From positions 115,568,001 to 115,632,000 of the forward strand of contig OZ024745.1 of the NCBI GenBank assembly GCA_964016885.1: a stretch of 64,000 nucleotides of DNA, written 5' to 3'. The position numbers were made by a program, and so were the translations under genes. How positions within the stretch are numbered: position 1 is the first letter of the stretch; every line of letters begins with the position of its first letter. The notes under the pieces were generated by a model. It did not search any database. It saw nothing but the letters and a program-made list of their open reading frames with translations, and was not told the DNA's origin. The DNA comes from Eledone cirrhosa. Its lineage: Eukaryota. Below, in pieces: positions 21,280 through 33,929 of this stretch.

Positions 21280-21519
21280 GTAAGTAATTATCATTGTCCA
21301 TTTATATATTTATCTTTTAATAAATATAATGTAATACATATTTAATTTACATTTGCACACACAGACTAGCACACATATGCTATCTTTTAGATAACATATT
21401 TGTCTTGTTATCTATGTGTTTACTTCACTGAAGAGTCACTAGCCACCCACTCCACCCCACACATATATATATTCAGCTGGTATTTTCCCACTCGTGTTCC
21501 TTCATCACCTCCCCCACCA

Positions 21520-22470
21520 GTCTTAGATCTCACAATCTGTAACCAGGTCTTTCTTGGTCTACCATAACTCCCTTCCACTGGAATTTCCTGGCATTTCTTT
21601 ACCCAGTGGTCATCATCCATGTGCATCACATGCCCATGCCAATGATGCAGTCTTCTCTCCTACACACCACCACGGATTCTTCTTAAAGCCAGCTTCTCTC
21701 CCAGCTCATCCAAGCTCTGCCTTTCTCTCACACTTACATTGCACATCTAACGAAGCATGGATGCTTCATTTCTCCCCAGTCTCTGCATGTCCTCTGCTTT
21801 ACTGCCCATGTTTCACTACCATGTAGCACATGTCCTCTGCTGTCACAGCCCATGTTTCACTACGATGCAACACCACATGTCCTCTGCTTGTCACTGCCCA
21901 TGTAGCACCATGTGTCCTCTGCTATCACTGCCCATGTTTCACTACCATGTAGCACCATGTGGTCTCTGCAGTCACTGCCCATGTTTCACTACGATGCAAC
22001 ACCACTTGGCCTCTGCAGTCACTGCTCATGTTTCACTACCATGTAGCACCACATGTCCTCTACTGTCACTGCCCATGTTTCACTAACATGTAGCACCACA
22101 TGTCCTCTGCTGTCACTGCCCATGTTTCACTACCATATAGCACCATGTGTCCTCTGCAGTCACAGCCCATGTTTCACTACCATGTAGCACCATATGTCCT
22201 CTGTTGTCGCTGCCCATGTTTCACTACCATGTATTACCATGTGTCCTCTGCAGTCACAGCCCATGTTTCATTACTATGTAGTACCACATGTCCTCTGCTG
22301 TCACTGCCCATGTCTCACTACCATGTAGTACCACGTGTGCTTTGCAGTCGCTGACAATGCAGCATTGCACTTTGCATGCAGGTGTCATTCAGCTGTCCCT
22401 TTGTTGTCAAAATAGGGATTAGTTCTCTAAACTTCTTCCATCCTATCCTAATTCTAGCTATTATCTCTCA
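21520..22470 (-). pseudogene. RTE C-terminal fragment with internal minisatellite
   Basis: MHMDDDHWVKKC...GRPRKTW on the minus strand. Confidence 0.8.
21788..22350. repeat. 47-bp minisatellite (~12 copies)
   Basis: Unit tgtcctctgctgtcactgcccatgtttcactaccatgtagcacca(ca). Confidence 0.9.
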
Positions 22471-22742
22471 GCACACAAGTGTGCCTGATAAAATGTTTGG
22501 TTGTTGTTTCTAGCAATTATTTCAGGTCGTGTGATGGAAAACATGCTAGACATTGTCATTCCCAACCACTTACATAAACTACTTTCCACTTCTAGCTCAT
22601 GTACACACTCAAGACCACACACATATTCAGTCTTGCTCATTTTGATTATCTTTACGCATGTGTTCCTTGAACATAACTGGAAGGTTCCATGTCACAGACA
22701 GAAAGAATTCCTATTATATATATAATATATATATATATATGT

Positions 22743-23070
22743 GGAGGCACATGGCTTAGTGGTTAGAGCATTGACCTTGCAATCGAAAGGTTGTGAGTTC
22801 AATTCTCAGACCGGGTGATGGGTTGTTTCCTTGAACAAGACACTTTATTTCACATTGCTCCAGTTTACTCAGCTGTAGAAATGAGATGATAGGGACTGGG
22901 GTCCATATCATTCCACTGCAAAGTGGACGTGGAGGTGCCACGGCAAAAAAGCACCCAGCACTCACTGTAAATGAGGTTGGTGTTAGGAAGGGTATCCAGC
23001 TGTAGAAATCAAGCCAGAATCAGTTCCCGTCCCACCCTTGCAAGCAGGGAAAAAGTGGACGTAAAATGAA
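22743..23070 (+). mobile_element. SINE family 2
   Basis: Full head, core and ttggtgttaggaagggtatccagctgtagaa tail. Confidence 0.9.
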
Positions 23071-24946
23071 AAAAAAATATCTATATATATCTATATATAT
23101 CATCATGATCATTGTTTAACATCCATCTTCCACGCTAGCATGGGTTGGACGGGTTTGTCCTACTTGAGGCAAGATTGGTTGGGTGACCGTGTCTCGCTTG
23201 TACAGTACTGTCCCTGGCAGGTTTTCTACAGCTGGATGCCCTTCCTAACACCAACCACATTTACAGTGTGGACTGAGAGCCTTTTTACCGTGTCTCCTAC
23301 ACGCCCACTTTACACTGTGGACTGGGTGCTTTTTGTCGTATCACCTACACGACCACATTACAGTGTGGACTGGGTGCTTTTTGTTGTGTCACCTACACGA
23401 CCACATTACAGTGAGGACTGGGTGCTTTTTGTCGTGTCACCTACACATCCACATTAAATGGTTGGAAAAACACTGATTTACAAAATAGTGATTTACACAA
23501 AGCTAGAGCTATAAGCTATAATCGGTTTGAGAATGTTATAAATATGCCATGTACTGAGATATTAGGTATTACACGGTTGACTTAACACTAGGTACCAGCT
23601 TTATGTGCTCTTTCAACGTGTGGGTGCATATTTTTCACTATTCAAATTTTTTAATGTAGGCATTGGATTAATAAGTATTTATTAGAGAACTTTGATCAAG
23701 ACTCTTAACCCATGCTTGTTCTGTCTCTCTACACTGAACAAATACAAGTCACTGCTTGTAGCTAAACTTTCGCTCCAATTCACAGTAATTGTAGTTTTGT
23801 TTCTTTTGTATCCTTGTTAACTCAGTCATGAGAGGATTTTGTTACAACTGGAGGTTTATGTGAGAAAAATAAGTTGAAGAAGCTAGTAGTGTGGACAATC
23901 TTAGAGAAAATTAGGGTATTAGTACAGGAAGTCTACTTTATAGCTCTTGACTTCAATAGTTTTCTCTCTTCTAGTACTTAAAGCTTCATAACACAACTTC
24001 AAAAAATACGTTTTCAATTAAACTTGTACAATGCCCTTTTTTCACTAATATTCACTTTTTATAATAAAGTTTGAGTAAATTTAATCTACTCTTCTCTAGT
24101 TTCATTCCAAGCCTTTGAATTAGTTAGTATGCAGTTAAAAGTTAATTCTGTTTCTTATCTCTTTAGTCAACATATTGCTTTTGAAATACATTGCCTATGT
24201 GTTTCAATGGCAAAATTGTTTACCAATTGGGCAGGAACTTGTCAAATCAGACCAAGGAAACAGTGTTTCCATTGTCTTGCCATTACTGATACTATCTACC
24301 GGTCACAATTCCTGGCAGAAAGAGCAATGAGAAATAAAATGCCTTTACATTGGCTTAGTGGTTAGAGAACTGGGGTTGTGAGTATGATTCCTGAACTGGG
24401 CGATGCATTATGTCCCTAAACAAGACATTTTATTTCACATTGCTATTTCTGCCAGGAGTTGTGACTGGTAGATAGTATCAGCAATGGACAGACCAATGGA
24501 ACATTGTTTCCTTGGTCCTATTTGATGAGTTTCACCCTACTTGGTAAGTGAATGCAGTCTGGGAATTTGTCGATTGATGTGTTTCAATTGGATTGAGAAT
24601 TTGATGAATCTAGTAAAATAATTAATTTTATAATTATTTTCTTATCCTGAAAGGTTTTAATATAAATATGAATACATAAAAATGAGAGTGTTTATATTGT
24701 AGAGTCAGGGGTGCCTCAGGCTATCAAAAGTTTTGTTTTGTTTCAAATGTCACTTGTTCTATAACATTTCTGAACTTCAAACCTTGTCTTCTTGTTTTTA
24801 TTTATTTATTTGTTTTTATAAGATAGATGAGGTTAGACAATGGTCAGATTTGATGGAGTTGTTGCTCAGTTTGAACATCTGCTTGGCAGAAAAATGTGCA
24901 TAATTAAGTAATTCTTGAGGATTACATTTTGAAGGAATGTCTAGGT

Positions 24947-27377
24947 CACAGGTTCTCAACCCATTTAGGCCAAACGCCCTCTTTTGTCCCTCAAAATCAC
25001 GAAACGCCCCCCCCCCCCTTATTTTTCCACTTTTCAATATACTACTGATTTTGATATCAGTAGATTACTAAAAAAATGATTAACAATATTCCAAAGATAC
25101 TATTGAAGGCAGCTGAGAGTATAAATACATTCCTTGAAAGGAAATATATAAATTTCAAAAAAAGGAACATAAATGTTCTTTTTTATGAATAAGGACCAGT
25201 TGAATTTGTTATATTCCCACCAGACGATACCAACTATTTTGAACATTTATACAAGAGCAACTCTGTCTATCCAAAGAGTGCTCTTATCTGGAAGAAAGTG
25301 GCAATTATATCATTTCAAAGCTTTCCAATTTTCCCTTTAATGAAACGGACAGAATAAATGTTGATATCTAACTTGATGTCATCTCTGCTTTGTGAGCTTA
25401 GAGACCACGGAAGAGGGTATATTTATTAGTAAATGGTAAAATATATACAACAAATGAGTAAGTGAATTGTAGTAGATGGTTTCCAGTCCAGTCAGACTGC
25501 AACTACAAATAAAAAAAAATTGTTAGTTTGCTTTGTAACAATAGCATATCCAAGTTTTCGGATAAATCAACTTACTTTAACTTTGACCTCATTTCAATGG
25601 GACCCTTGAACTCTATGGAGTCTAGCTAACTCTTTGACGTCAGGCTGGATTTTAGAAAGATGTAGCCGGAGATCTCCACGTGTAATTACATTGTAGCGGT
25701 TGTGAGCCTTACTGTGCAGTCTGGAAACAGCACCAAACCTCCTCTTGACTAAGTATGAGCTTGGAAAAGGCAGAGCAAATCTCTTAGCCTCTACATGTAG
25801 GTGTGGAAATCGACACTGAATTTCCTCTTGCATCCAAAAAAGGGGTTCACCTATTTTAGGAAATCTAATTTTGATCATGTCATCTGCTTGAAGTTCAATG
25901 AATTCTTCCTGAAATATAACGTCCAAATTATCGACATTAGCTATGAAGGGATCTGCTATCCACATTGGGATGTCCATCAGCAAAAGGTCGACAAACAGTT
26001 CTCCCATGTTGTCTTGTAGCGCATAGAGGTGAGCGGTATAAATTTGGAGTTGGTCATCGCTTACAATGTTTGAACATTGGCGACATTAGGAAATATAGAA
26101 TTCCCGTCAACAAAGATTCCTTTCGATGACATTCAATTTGGCCAGGAATGTTTTCACAGCATTCCTTGCTTTATGCAAGGTGATCTTCTTCCCCTGCAAA
26201 GCCAAAATGACGCTATTGCATTTGTCGACGATGTTGGTGAGGTAGGCGCAGTTTTGCCTCACATCAAGGGTTTTCTTGTACAGTTCTGTGTTGCGTCCTC
26301 GTAGAAACTCAATAATAGAGTCGAACAGTTCAAAGAAGTGAGTAAGGCACTTGCCCTTTGAAAGCCACCTCACTTCATTATGAAGGAGCAACTTGACGAA
26401 TTCTTCGTCATTATCTTGACACATTGCCGGAAAATTCGTTCATTGAGGGAATGCTGTTTGATAAAATTGATGACATCAAGGGCCACTTGCAAGGACTTGC
26501 TCAGCGGCTTGCTGAGTTTCTTCGCAGCCAAGTGTTGTCGATGAATGACACAATGAACAACAAATACAGATAGATTTTCTTTCTTCAGAAGAGTGACGAA
26601 ACCCTTATGTTGGCCGACCATTGCTCTTGCGTCGTCCTTGCACATCATCCAATGTGTGTTGTATTTGGTCCTAGATGTATGTATTACCTGCCTGTGTGTT
26701 GTAGGTAGTCTTAGATGTATGTGTATTACCTTTTTATATATTGCATGTGGTCCCAGCTGTATGTATTACCTGCTTGTGTGTTGTATGTGGTCCTAGATGT
26801 GTGTGCTACCTCCTTATGTGTTGCATGTGGTCCTAGATGTGTGTATTACCTGCTTATGTGTTGTATGTGGTCCTAGATGCGTGTATTACCTGCTTATGTG
26901 TTGCATGTGGTCTGAGATGTGTGTGCTACCCGCTTCTGTGTTTTTTTTTCTTTTTTATTTGTAATATTATACAATAGGGAATAAAATAGATCTACATAGT
27001 GTTAACTCGTTACGGTTGAGTCAATAATTTCAGACATGAAATACATTGTTATCGGTGAAGGAAAGACAAGATTCTAACTGGTTACACTCGAAGTGTCCTT
27101 GACCCAGTTGACTGTGGGTTTTCTCCATTGTTAGGATCTCAATTACCGGTTAATGTCTAGACACGCCTGCACACCTGCTCATCTGCTCACAGCTGCGGTC
27201 AGACCGTTATGCTGTCTGCATGCTCATTCAAATGCATTCACACTGGCTGTCTCAAAGACATACAAATATGGCTTATAAAACTTACCAAAGTAAAGAGCCT
27301 TCCAAAGCTCCAAACGCCCCCTGGAGTTCTGAAACGCCCCCCGGGGAGTACATATGCCCCCCCGTTGAGAACCTTTG
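24947..27377 (-). mobile_element. hAT (Buster/Charlie-type) DNA transposon, defective
   Basis: TIRs cacaggttctcaac / gttgagaacctttg and 8-bp TSD gtctaggt (24939-24946, 27378-27385). Frameshifted transposase at 25594-26648 with DDARAMVG, HCVIHRQHLA, LLLHNEVRWLSKG and PFPSSYL motifs. Confidence 0.95.
26652..26940. repeat. 40-bp minisatellite inside the hAT element
   Basis: Unit gtggtcctagatgtgtgtattacctgcttatgtgttgtat, ~7 copies. Confidence 0.85.
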
Positions 27378-28038
27378 GTCTAGGTAATGTGTTTAGTGTA
27401 GTGTCTGGAAGGTGAGACATCATCATCATCTTTGTTTAACGTCCATTTTCCATGCTAGCATGGGTTAGACAGTAAGAAGAATATGGGTGGGCTCTAGTGG
27501 AGGTCATTATAGTAGTGGTAGAATAGTTAGAGAGAAGAAAGAGTGCATTTGTAAACCAGTAGTTGAAGCATGTTGGTGGTTAAATGTTTGCCCACCTGTC
27601 GGGTGGCCTTCTTGTGAATGAGGTCTAGTTCTTTAGTGTGAATTTTACTTGAGCTTTATGTGTAGGGTATGTTAGTCAGGGGAAGTTCATCCTCAGACAA
27701 GCCATTGTTGGTGACAAGAGATTACAGACAGGCCTGAATAGAGGGACTATATTACATAATGTGTTGTTTTTTTTTTACTTAAGATGGTATGTACAGATTT
27801 TAGGGAGATTTGGCTGTTATTTTAAATATATTGGGAGGCAAATTAGCAGATTGCTTATTGGTTCAAAAGGTTCTGGCAATCCTCTTGACCAAGATAGAAG
27901 AGATATGGCTTTTCTAGTACATACAGAATTTTTGGTAGATAATCTATTTGCAATTTTTGTGGAATAATGTGGGATTTAGTATAATTAAAAAGAAATTTCC
28001 TGAAAATGTAAAGCAGAGTTAAATTTTATATGTTGCAG

Positions 28039-28109
28039 ATACCAATTTGGTTTCAAATTAACAGTATATAATCATTCGCCTGGCCCCTGTAAATATATTC
28101 CTGGTATTG
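28039..28109 (+). CDS. PON: PON coding exon 2
   Basis: ttgcag|...|gtaagt, 71 nt, (I)YQFGFKLTVYNHSPGPCKYIPGI. Contains the Cys equivalent to PON1 C42. Confidence 0.92.
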
Positions 28110-28307
28110 GTAAGTGTTTTCTAAATACATTTTATATATTTTTATTTTAAACTACCATTTTAATAGAGTAACTAAACTGTGTTGAATGAAGTTCATTATA
28201 CTACAATATATATATACCATCATCATCATCATTTAAGGATTTCGAGTTATGTAGAGTACAAAACTGTGTTGAACGAAGTTTATCATACTGTTCTATACAG
28301 AGGTATA

Positions 28308-28348
28308 CAGTTCTGATGAAGGGTAATGACCTAGAAATATGTTGATTG
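28308..28348 (+). ncRNA. Degenerate minimal hammerhead in PON intron 2
   Basis: cagtt CTGATGA aggg-taatga-ccta GAAA tatg tt gattg, lying within a ~390-bp unit bounded by direct repeats. Confidence 0.45.
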
Positions 28349-28569
28349 TTCCTCGATGTCAGTGTTGAAGAAAGGGATGACAATTGATCATCAGCACAGC
28401 ACAACTTTAAAGGGGCCGTTTGTTTACAAACGAATCGAATATTATTATTAATGTTCGATATAACCCATACGTTCATATGTATATATATGTGTGTGTATAT
28501 ATAAATATATATATATATATGTATGTGCATATGCATACTTACATTTATGTAAGTTATGTATCATTTTTG

Positions 28570-28601
<32 letters not shown>

Positions 28602-29767
28602 CCATCATCATCATCATTTAAGGATTTCAAGTCATGTAGACTACAAAACTGTCTTTTAATTTTTTATGTAAATTAATATTTGTATCCATTTTCCAATTAG
28701 ATTCAGTGCAGTTGCACTGAAAATAATATATATTGGATTTTTTAAAATTAATATTTACCCTTAGAGATATGTCTAAACTTTTTTATGCATCTTTATTAAA
28801 TTTAACCTCTCCAGATTTCCCATGAATATATAATTAAAATTACATCTGAAAGTTGATATTTTTTCAGAAAGTTTACAAAGCAATATATCAATATATATGT
28901 TTGACATACTTGGTTAAACTTTCATACTTTACTATAACAATTATGCTTTTGAATTTATGGGCAAAGAATATAACAACATTTGCATCAGCCAACTGTAAGA
29001 ACAGCTTCCACTTGTTAAAACTTTTCCTTTGCAATATCTAGAATGGTCAAGTATTTTTTTAAGTGAGATATTTCTTTAGTATTTCACAATGTGAATGCTG
29101 AGATGGGTATTTTAAAACTTTGCTTGTAACACCGGATGGTGTTTTTAGAGACTGGCACATCATCATCATTTTACGTCCGCTTTTCTCTGCTTGCAAGGGT
29201 GGGACAGGTCCTATTCAGCACAGCATCTCTCCATTTGTCACGGTCCTTCGTCATCTCCTCTAAGCTTCAGAGATCTGAGGTCAGCTCTCACCACCTCCGC
29301 CCATGATTTTCGTGGTCTTCCTCTACTGCATCTTCCTTCGACTGGGATTTCTTGGAACTTCTTTACCCACCGGTCATCCTCCATGTCCATACCAACGCAA
29401 TCTTCTCTCCCGCATACTACAGCTTAACCCTCTTATACACAGTTTCTCTATACAGGAATATAAAAAAGATGTTCAAAATAACTTCAATCTTCTTAAGTTG
29501 ATCAGCAAGTTCTCAGACCTCATTTGCTTACCAAGTGGGGTGGATCTCATCAAATCAGACCAAGGTAACAATGTTTCCATTGCTTCAAACTACAGACCTG
29601 TAATAGCCCAAAGCTACACTATCATCATCATTACCATTTAATGTCCATTTTCCCTGCTAGTATGGGTTAGACATAGAAAATGAATGTTAAATGGTGATGA
29701 TGATGATGATCACTATTGCAATCCCTCTGTATCTATTCTTATTTATCATACTTGTTACTATTTTCAG

Positions 29768-29823
29768 AAAATGGGTCTGAAGATATGCATACTTTACCAA
29801 ATGGCCAAACATTCATTTCTTCT
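29768..29823 (+). CDS. PON: PON coding exon 3
   Basis: tttcag|...|gtgagt, 56 nt, ENGSEDMHTLPNGQTFISS, matching the PON1 ETGSEDLEILPNGLAFISS motif (E53, D54). Confidence 0.96.
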
Positions 29824-30314
29824 GTGAGTAGAATATTTGCTCTTTGTGTTTTATTTATCTAATGATCTTTGAAAAAAAAGCCAAACAGTCAGACATGCTG
29901 TTAGTGTGTATATGGTATTGGATTATAACTCATTGGTTTTGATGTCAAATACACTGCAGGCATTTCCTTACACATTGTAGTAATATACTTATTTCTACAT
30001 GTATCCATTTTCTGTTACATGAGATAAACCGGCATCATATTTTCTGACGAATATTTCTTTTTTATTTGCATACTGCTTTGAAATGGGAGCTAAGTTCAGG
30101 TGTTTAAAAACTGGATATTTAACATATTCACATACATGCAATGTTTTATTGAACATCAGAGTTGGTTTATTCAAATCTACAATGAACTACACATGAGAAT
30201 ATAGGTATTCTGTATTCTCTATCTGTATGCTGCACTTTGTTTGTTACACTAAGATATTTAACTCCTAATGATCTATTGTAACCTGTTGAAAATCAATGCA
30301 ACAAACCACTACAA

Positions 30315-30762
30315 ATAATAATAATAATGAAATGATTGTGTACAGTGCTCAGGTGTACTACAACTCATCAAAGGTGCATGTATAGTACATAGAATAATGT
30401 ACAAATGTCAGGGAAGTGAACAATGTATGAGTCATGATATACATGTGTGGGTGTGTATGGAGAGGGGATATCAGGTATAGTATTGGCGAATTTCAGGAAG
30501 CATGGAGGTTTTAAAGGATGCAGTGTCTCGGCAGCTAACAACTGATGCAGGTAGTTTGTCCTATGATTCAGCAACTCTGAGCGTGAAAAAATGTTTCCGA
30601 AAGTCATGGGAGTTGTGCTGTTTTCTGACTTTGTAGGCATGCTCACGTGTGTTAGATACATGGAAATCAAAAAGGGGCTCAGGGTTGTTGTTGGCATGAT
30701 GATTAATCATTTTGAGGGTGTTTACCAAGTCAATTGCCAATCGTTGGAGCTTCAAAGTATCC
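30315..30762 (-). mobile_element. CR1 3' end
   Basis: LQRLAIDL...FRKHFFTLRVAES. The same 3' UTR occurs at 42555-42760 (+) and 47900-48210 (-). (TTA)n tail. Confidence 0.85.
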
Positions 30763-30982
30763 ATACCCAGGGAAATCAGTATGGCTGTGTGATATAACGT
30801 TTGCTTTGCAACAACATTGTTTTGTTTTCAATCCAACTGCATGATACCTTGAGTAAGTGTCTTCTGCCATAGCTTTGGGTGGATTAAAACCTTGTGAGTT
30901 AAATATGATAAACTGAGTTAAATATGATAAACTAATGCAGCCTGTTGAAGGGACCATTTCTGTTCTTGGGTAATCAACTTAA

Positions 30983-31234
30983 CCCTTTTGATACCACACT
31001 GCCTGAAACTGCCCCTGGTTCTATAATACAAAGTTGACTATTTTAAAATGTTCACATTTATCTAAAATCTTTCTACCATCGTTTTATGTAAGAACCTTTT
31101 GTTATGTTCAAAACACCAGATTGATAATGAAAATATTAGTTATAATACTAAATCCGTCCAAATTCTTGATTATTTTCAAAATTATTTGAGTGTCATAGGT
31201 TGTGTTTTTCATTAAAAATATGGTAACAAATCGG
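30983..31234. mobile_element. piggyBac-like MITE (old)
   Basis: TTAA|cccttttgatacca ... tggtaacaaatcgg|TTAA. Confidence 0.55.
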
Positions 31235-32236
31235 TTAATTTGTTGCCTAGCTTAACACTAACACCACCAATATCATTTGAGTGCATTGAGCAGTGATCCC
31301 TCTGTTGCTAGTAATTGGTTCTTATTTCCTCTTGGACGATAACTTCCTTCCATCCTTCCACCAGAGACCCTGTAAAATGTCATCGATGCTACCCTTCCAC
31401 CTCTGATTAAGTCATGAAAAAATACTCCAATAAAAATATAGAGTCCAAAGAAACTAATAACTTTCTGTTGGTGAAAACCAGTTAATAAGGCATTTGATTT
31501 GGTTACCGTATTTTCTGGCATTGAAGACTCTATTTTTTACTAAAATAAGTCTCTAAATTCTACCATGCATCTTGGAGGCCAAAGGTTATGTTTCTCATAG
31601 ACATATCCTAGCCCCAGAGGAAACTTATCTCTGCTAGACTAATTTGAACTAACTCCTGTATATGACCTCAATGAAGTGTATAAATTATACTTAGAAGTAA
31701 ATAAACAAAATATCATAAAAAATTAGGTAACAAGACCCAAAGTGCCAGGACGTTACTTTTATTTTTATCATTGTTTGTCAAATTTGGGGTGTGTCCTGAA
31801 GGGTGAAGCGTTCTTTGATGCTGGGTCATATGGTAATTTGATCCCAGTAATTTACTTGTATTTATTTTGTTGAAAGAGGGATGAAAGTCAGAATGTAAAG
31901 GGATATTTCTTTATAACATTAGCCTAAAACCATCAATTTGGGAGAAGGGTAAGTCGATTATGTTGACCCTAGTACTTAACTAGTACTTTATTTTATCAAC
32001 CCTTTAAGGATGAAAGGTAAAGTACCTCAGAATGGAGAATGTCATAATTAAATACTGCAAATCATTTTGTCCGATCCACCAAAGGATAATATTAGATAGA
32101 TTGCTTGTAATAAGGATTGGACTGAACATAATTGTTTTGTCATATTTATTATTTATTTTTGAGATGTCCTAAAGAAATATATTCTTTCTCTATGTTTCTA
32201 ATTAAAAAGAAAACATTATTTTCTAACATTTTGCAG

Positions 32237-32408
32237 GGTTTTATTCCTGACTATATTGGCTCAACAAAACACATTAATACCATGGGGCATATATTTTTCT
32301 ATGATATGTCCAAAGATAGTAATCAAGAAGTCATTGATTTAGAGCTTCAAAATTTTCATCCACAACGATTTATTCCTCATGGTATCAGTGCTTGGCAGGA
32401 TGATAATG
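32237..32408 (+). CDS. PON: PON coding exon 4
   Basis: ttgcag|...|gtaagt, 172 nt, GFIPDY...FIPHGISAWQDDN. PHGIS carries the H115 equivalent. Confidence 0.95.
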
Positions 32409-32486
32409 GTAAGTTATTTTAATTTTAGTATTCTTATAATCTTTTACCGGCTTTAGCTATTGGATCATGATAGAATGTTACCTTTA

Positions 32487-32704
32487 CCCTTTAGCATTTA
32501 AACTGGCTGTATCCAACTAGAATTCTGTCATCTCTTTCTGTTTAAACTGGCCATAACTGGCTGCTCATACTTATGTTAAGGTATTGTTCTCAAAATAAAT
32601 GATATGAAAATCTCATAGATTTGCTATTAAGTAGGATAATTATTAGATAAAGTTTTACTGTGAAAATACGATAGAATATATAGAGTAATGTAAATGCTAA
32701 AGGG
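32487..32704. mobile_element. piggyBac-like MITE
   Basis: TIR ccctttagcattta / taaatgctaaaggg followed by TTAA. Partial copies at ~19660, 20810, 37901, 41790-42205 and 47090. Confidence 0.75.
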
Positions 32705-32794
32705 TTAAAGGAATTTTAATAAATCATATTACTCCTCAACTTAATTCAATCTCATACTTATTTTATTGATCTCTATTTAGTGAATTGTTCATTT

Positions 32795-33929
32795 ACTGTC
32801 TCATTATAAGCTGGTACTTCATTTATTAACACCTACTGTCTCATTATAAACTGGTACTTCATTTGTTAACACCTACTGTCTCATTATAAACTGGTGCTTC
32901 ATTTATCAACACCTACTGTCTCATTATAAACTGGTACTTCATTTATCAACACCTACTGTCTCATTATAAACTGGTACTTCATTTATCAACACCTACTGTT
33001 TCATTATAAACTGGTACTTCATTTATCAACACCTACTGTTTCATTATAAACTGGTACTTCATTTATCAACACCTACTATCTCATTATAAACTGGTACTTC
33101 ATTTATCAACCTCAACTGTCTCATAACATTATAAACTGGTACTTCATTTATCAACACCTACTGTCTCATTATAAACTGGTACTTCATTTATCAACACCTA
33201 TTGTTTCATAAACTGGTACTTCATTTATCAACCTCAACTGCCTCATTATAAACTGGTACTTCATTTATCAACACCTACTGTCTCATTATAAACTGTTACT
33301 TCATTTATCAACACCTATTGTCTCATTATAAACTGGTACTTCATATATCAACCTCAACTATCTCATAAACTGGTACTTCATTTATCAACCTCAACTGTCT
33401 CATAACATTATAAACTGGTACTTAATTTATCAACACCTACTGTCTCATTATAAACTGGTACTTCATTTATCAACACCTATTGTTTCATAAACTGGTACTT
33501 CATTTATCAACCTCAACTGCCTCATAACATTATAAACTGGTACTTCATTTATCAACCTCTACCGTCTCATTATAAACTGGTACTTCATTTATCAACCTCA
33601 ACTGTCTCATAACATTATAAACTGGTACTTCATTTATCAACACATACTGTCTCATTATAAACTGGTACTTCATTTATCAACCTCAACTGTCTCATAACAT
33701 TATAAACTGGTACTTAATTTATCAACACCTACTGTCTCATTATAAACTGGTACTTCATTTATCAACACCTACAGTCTCATTATAAACTGGTACTTCATTT
33801 ATCAACACCTACAGTCTCATTATAAACTGGTACTTCATTTATCAACACCTACAGTCTCATTATAAACTGGTACTTCATTTATCAACACCTACAGTCTCAT
33901 TATAAACTGGTACTTCATTTATCAACCTC
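32795..33929. repeat. 40-bp minisatellite (~28 copies) derived from SINE family 1
   Basis: Unit cctactgtctcattataaactggtacttcatttatcaaca runs directly into SINE sequence (gatgaaa...aaagttgacc...gatttgaact). Confidence 0.95.

Noticed and set aside
21554-22354. Cys/His-rich ORFs resembling metallothionein or zinc fingers (also 35757-36100)
   Set aside because: Frame-cycling translations of 47-bp and ~41-bp tandem repeats.
32795-33929. CRISPR-like regular repeat array
   Set aside because: No unique spacers and no cas genes; it is a eukaryotic SINE-derived minisatellite.
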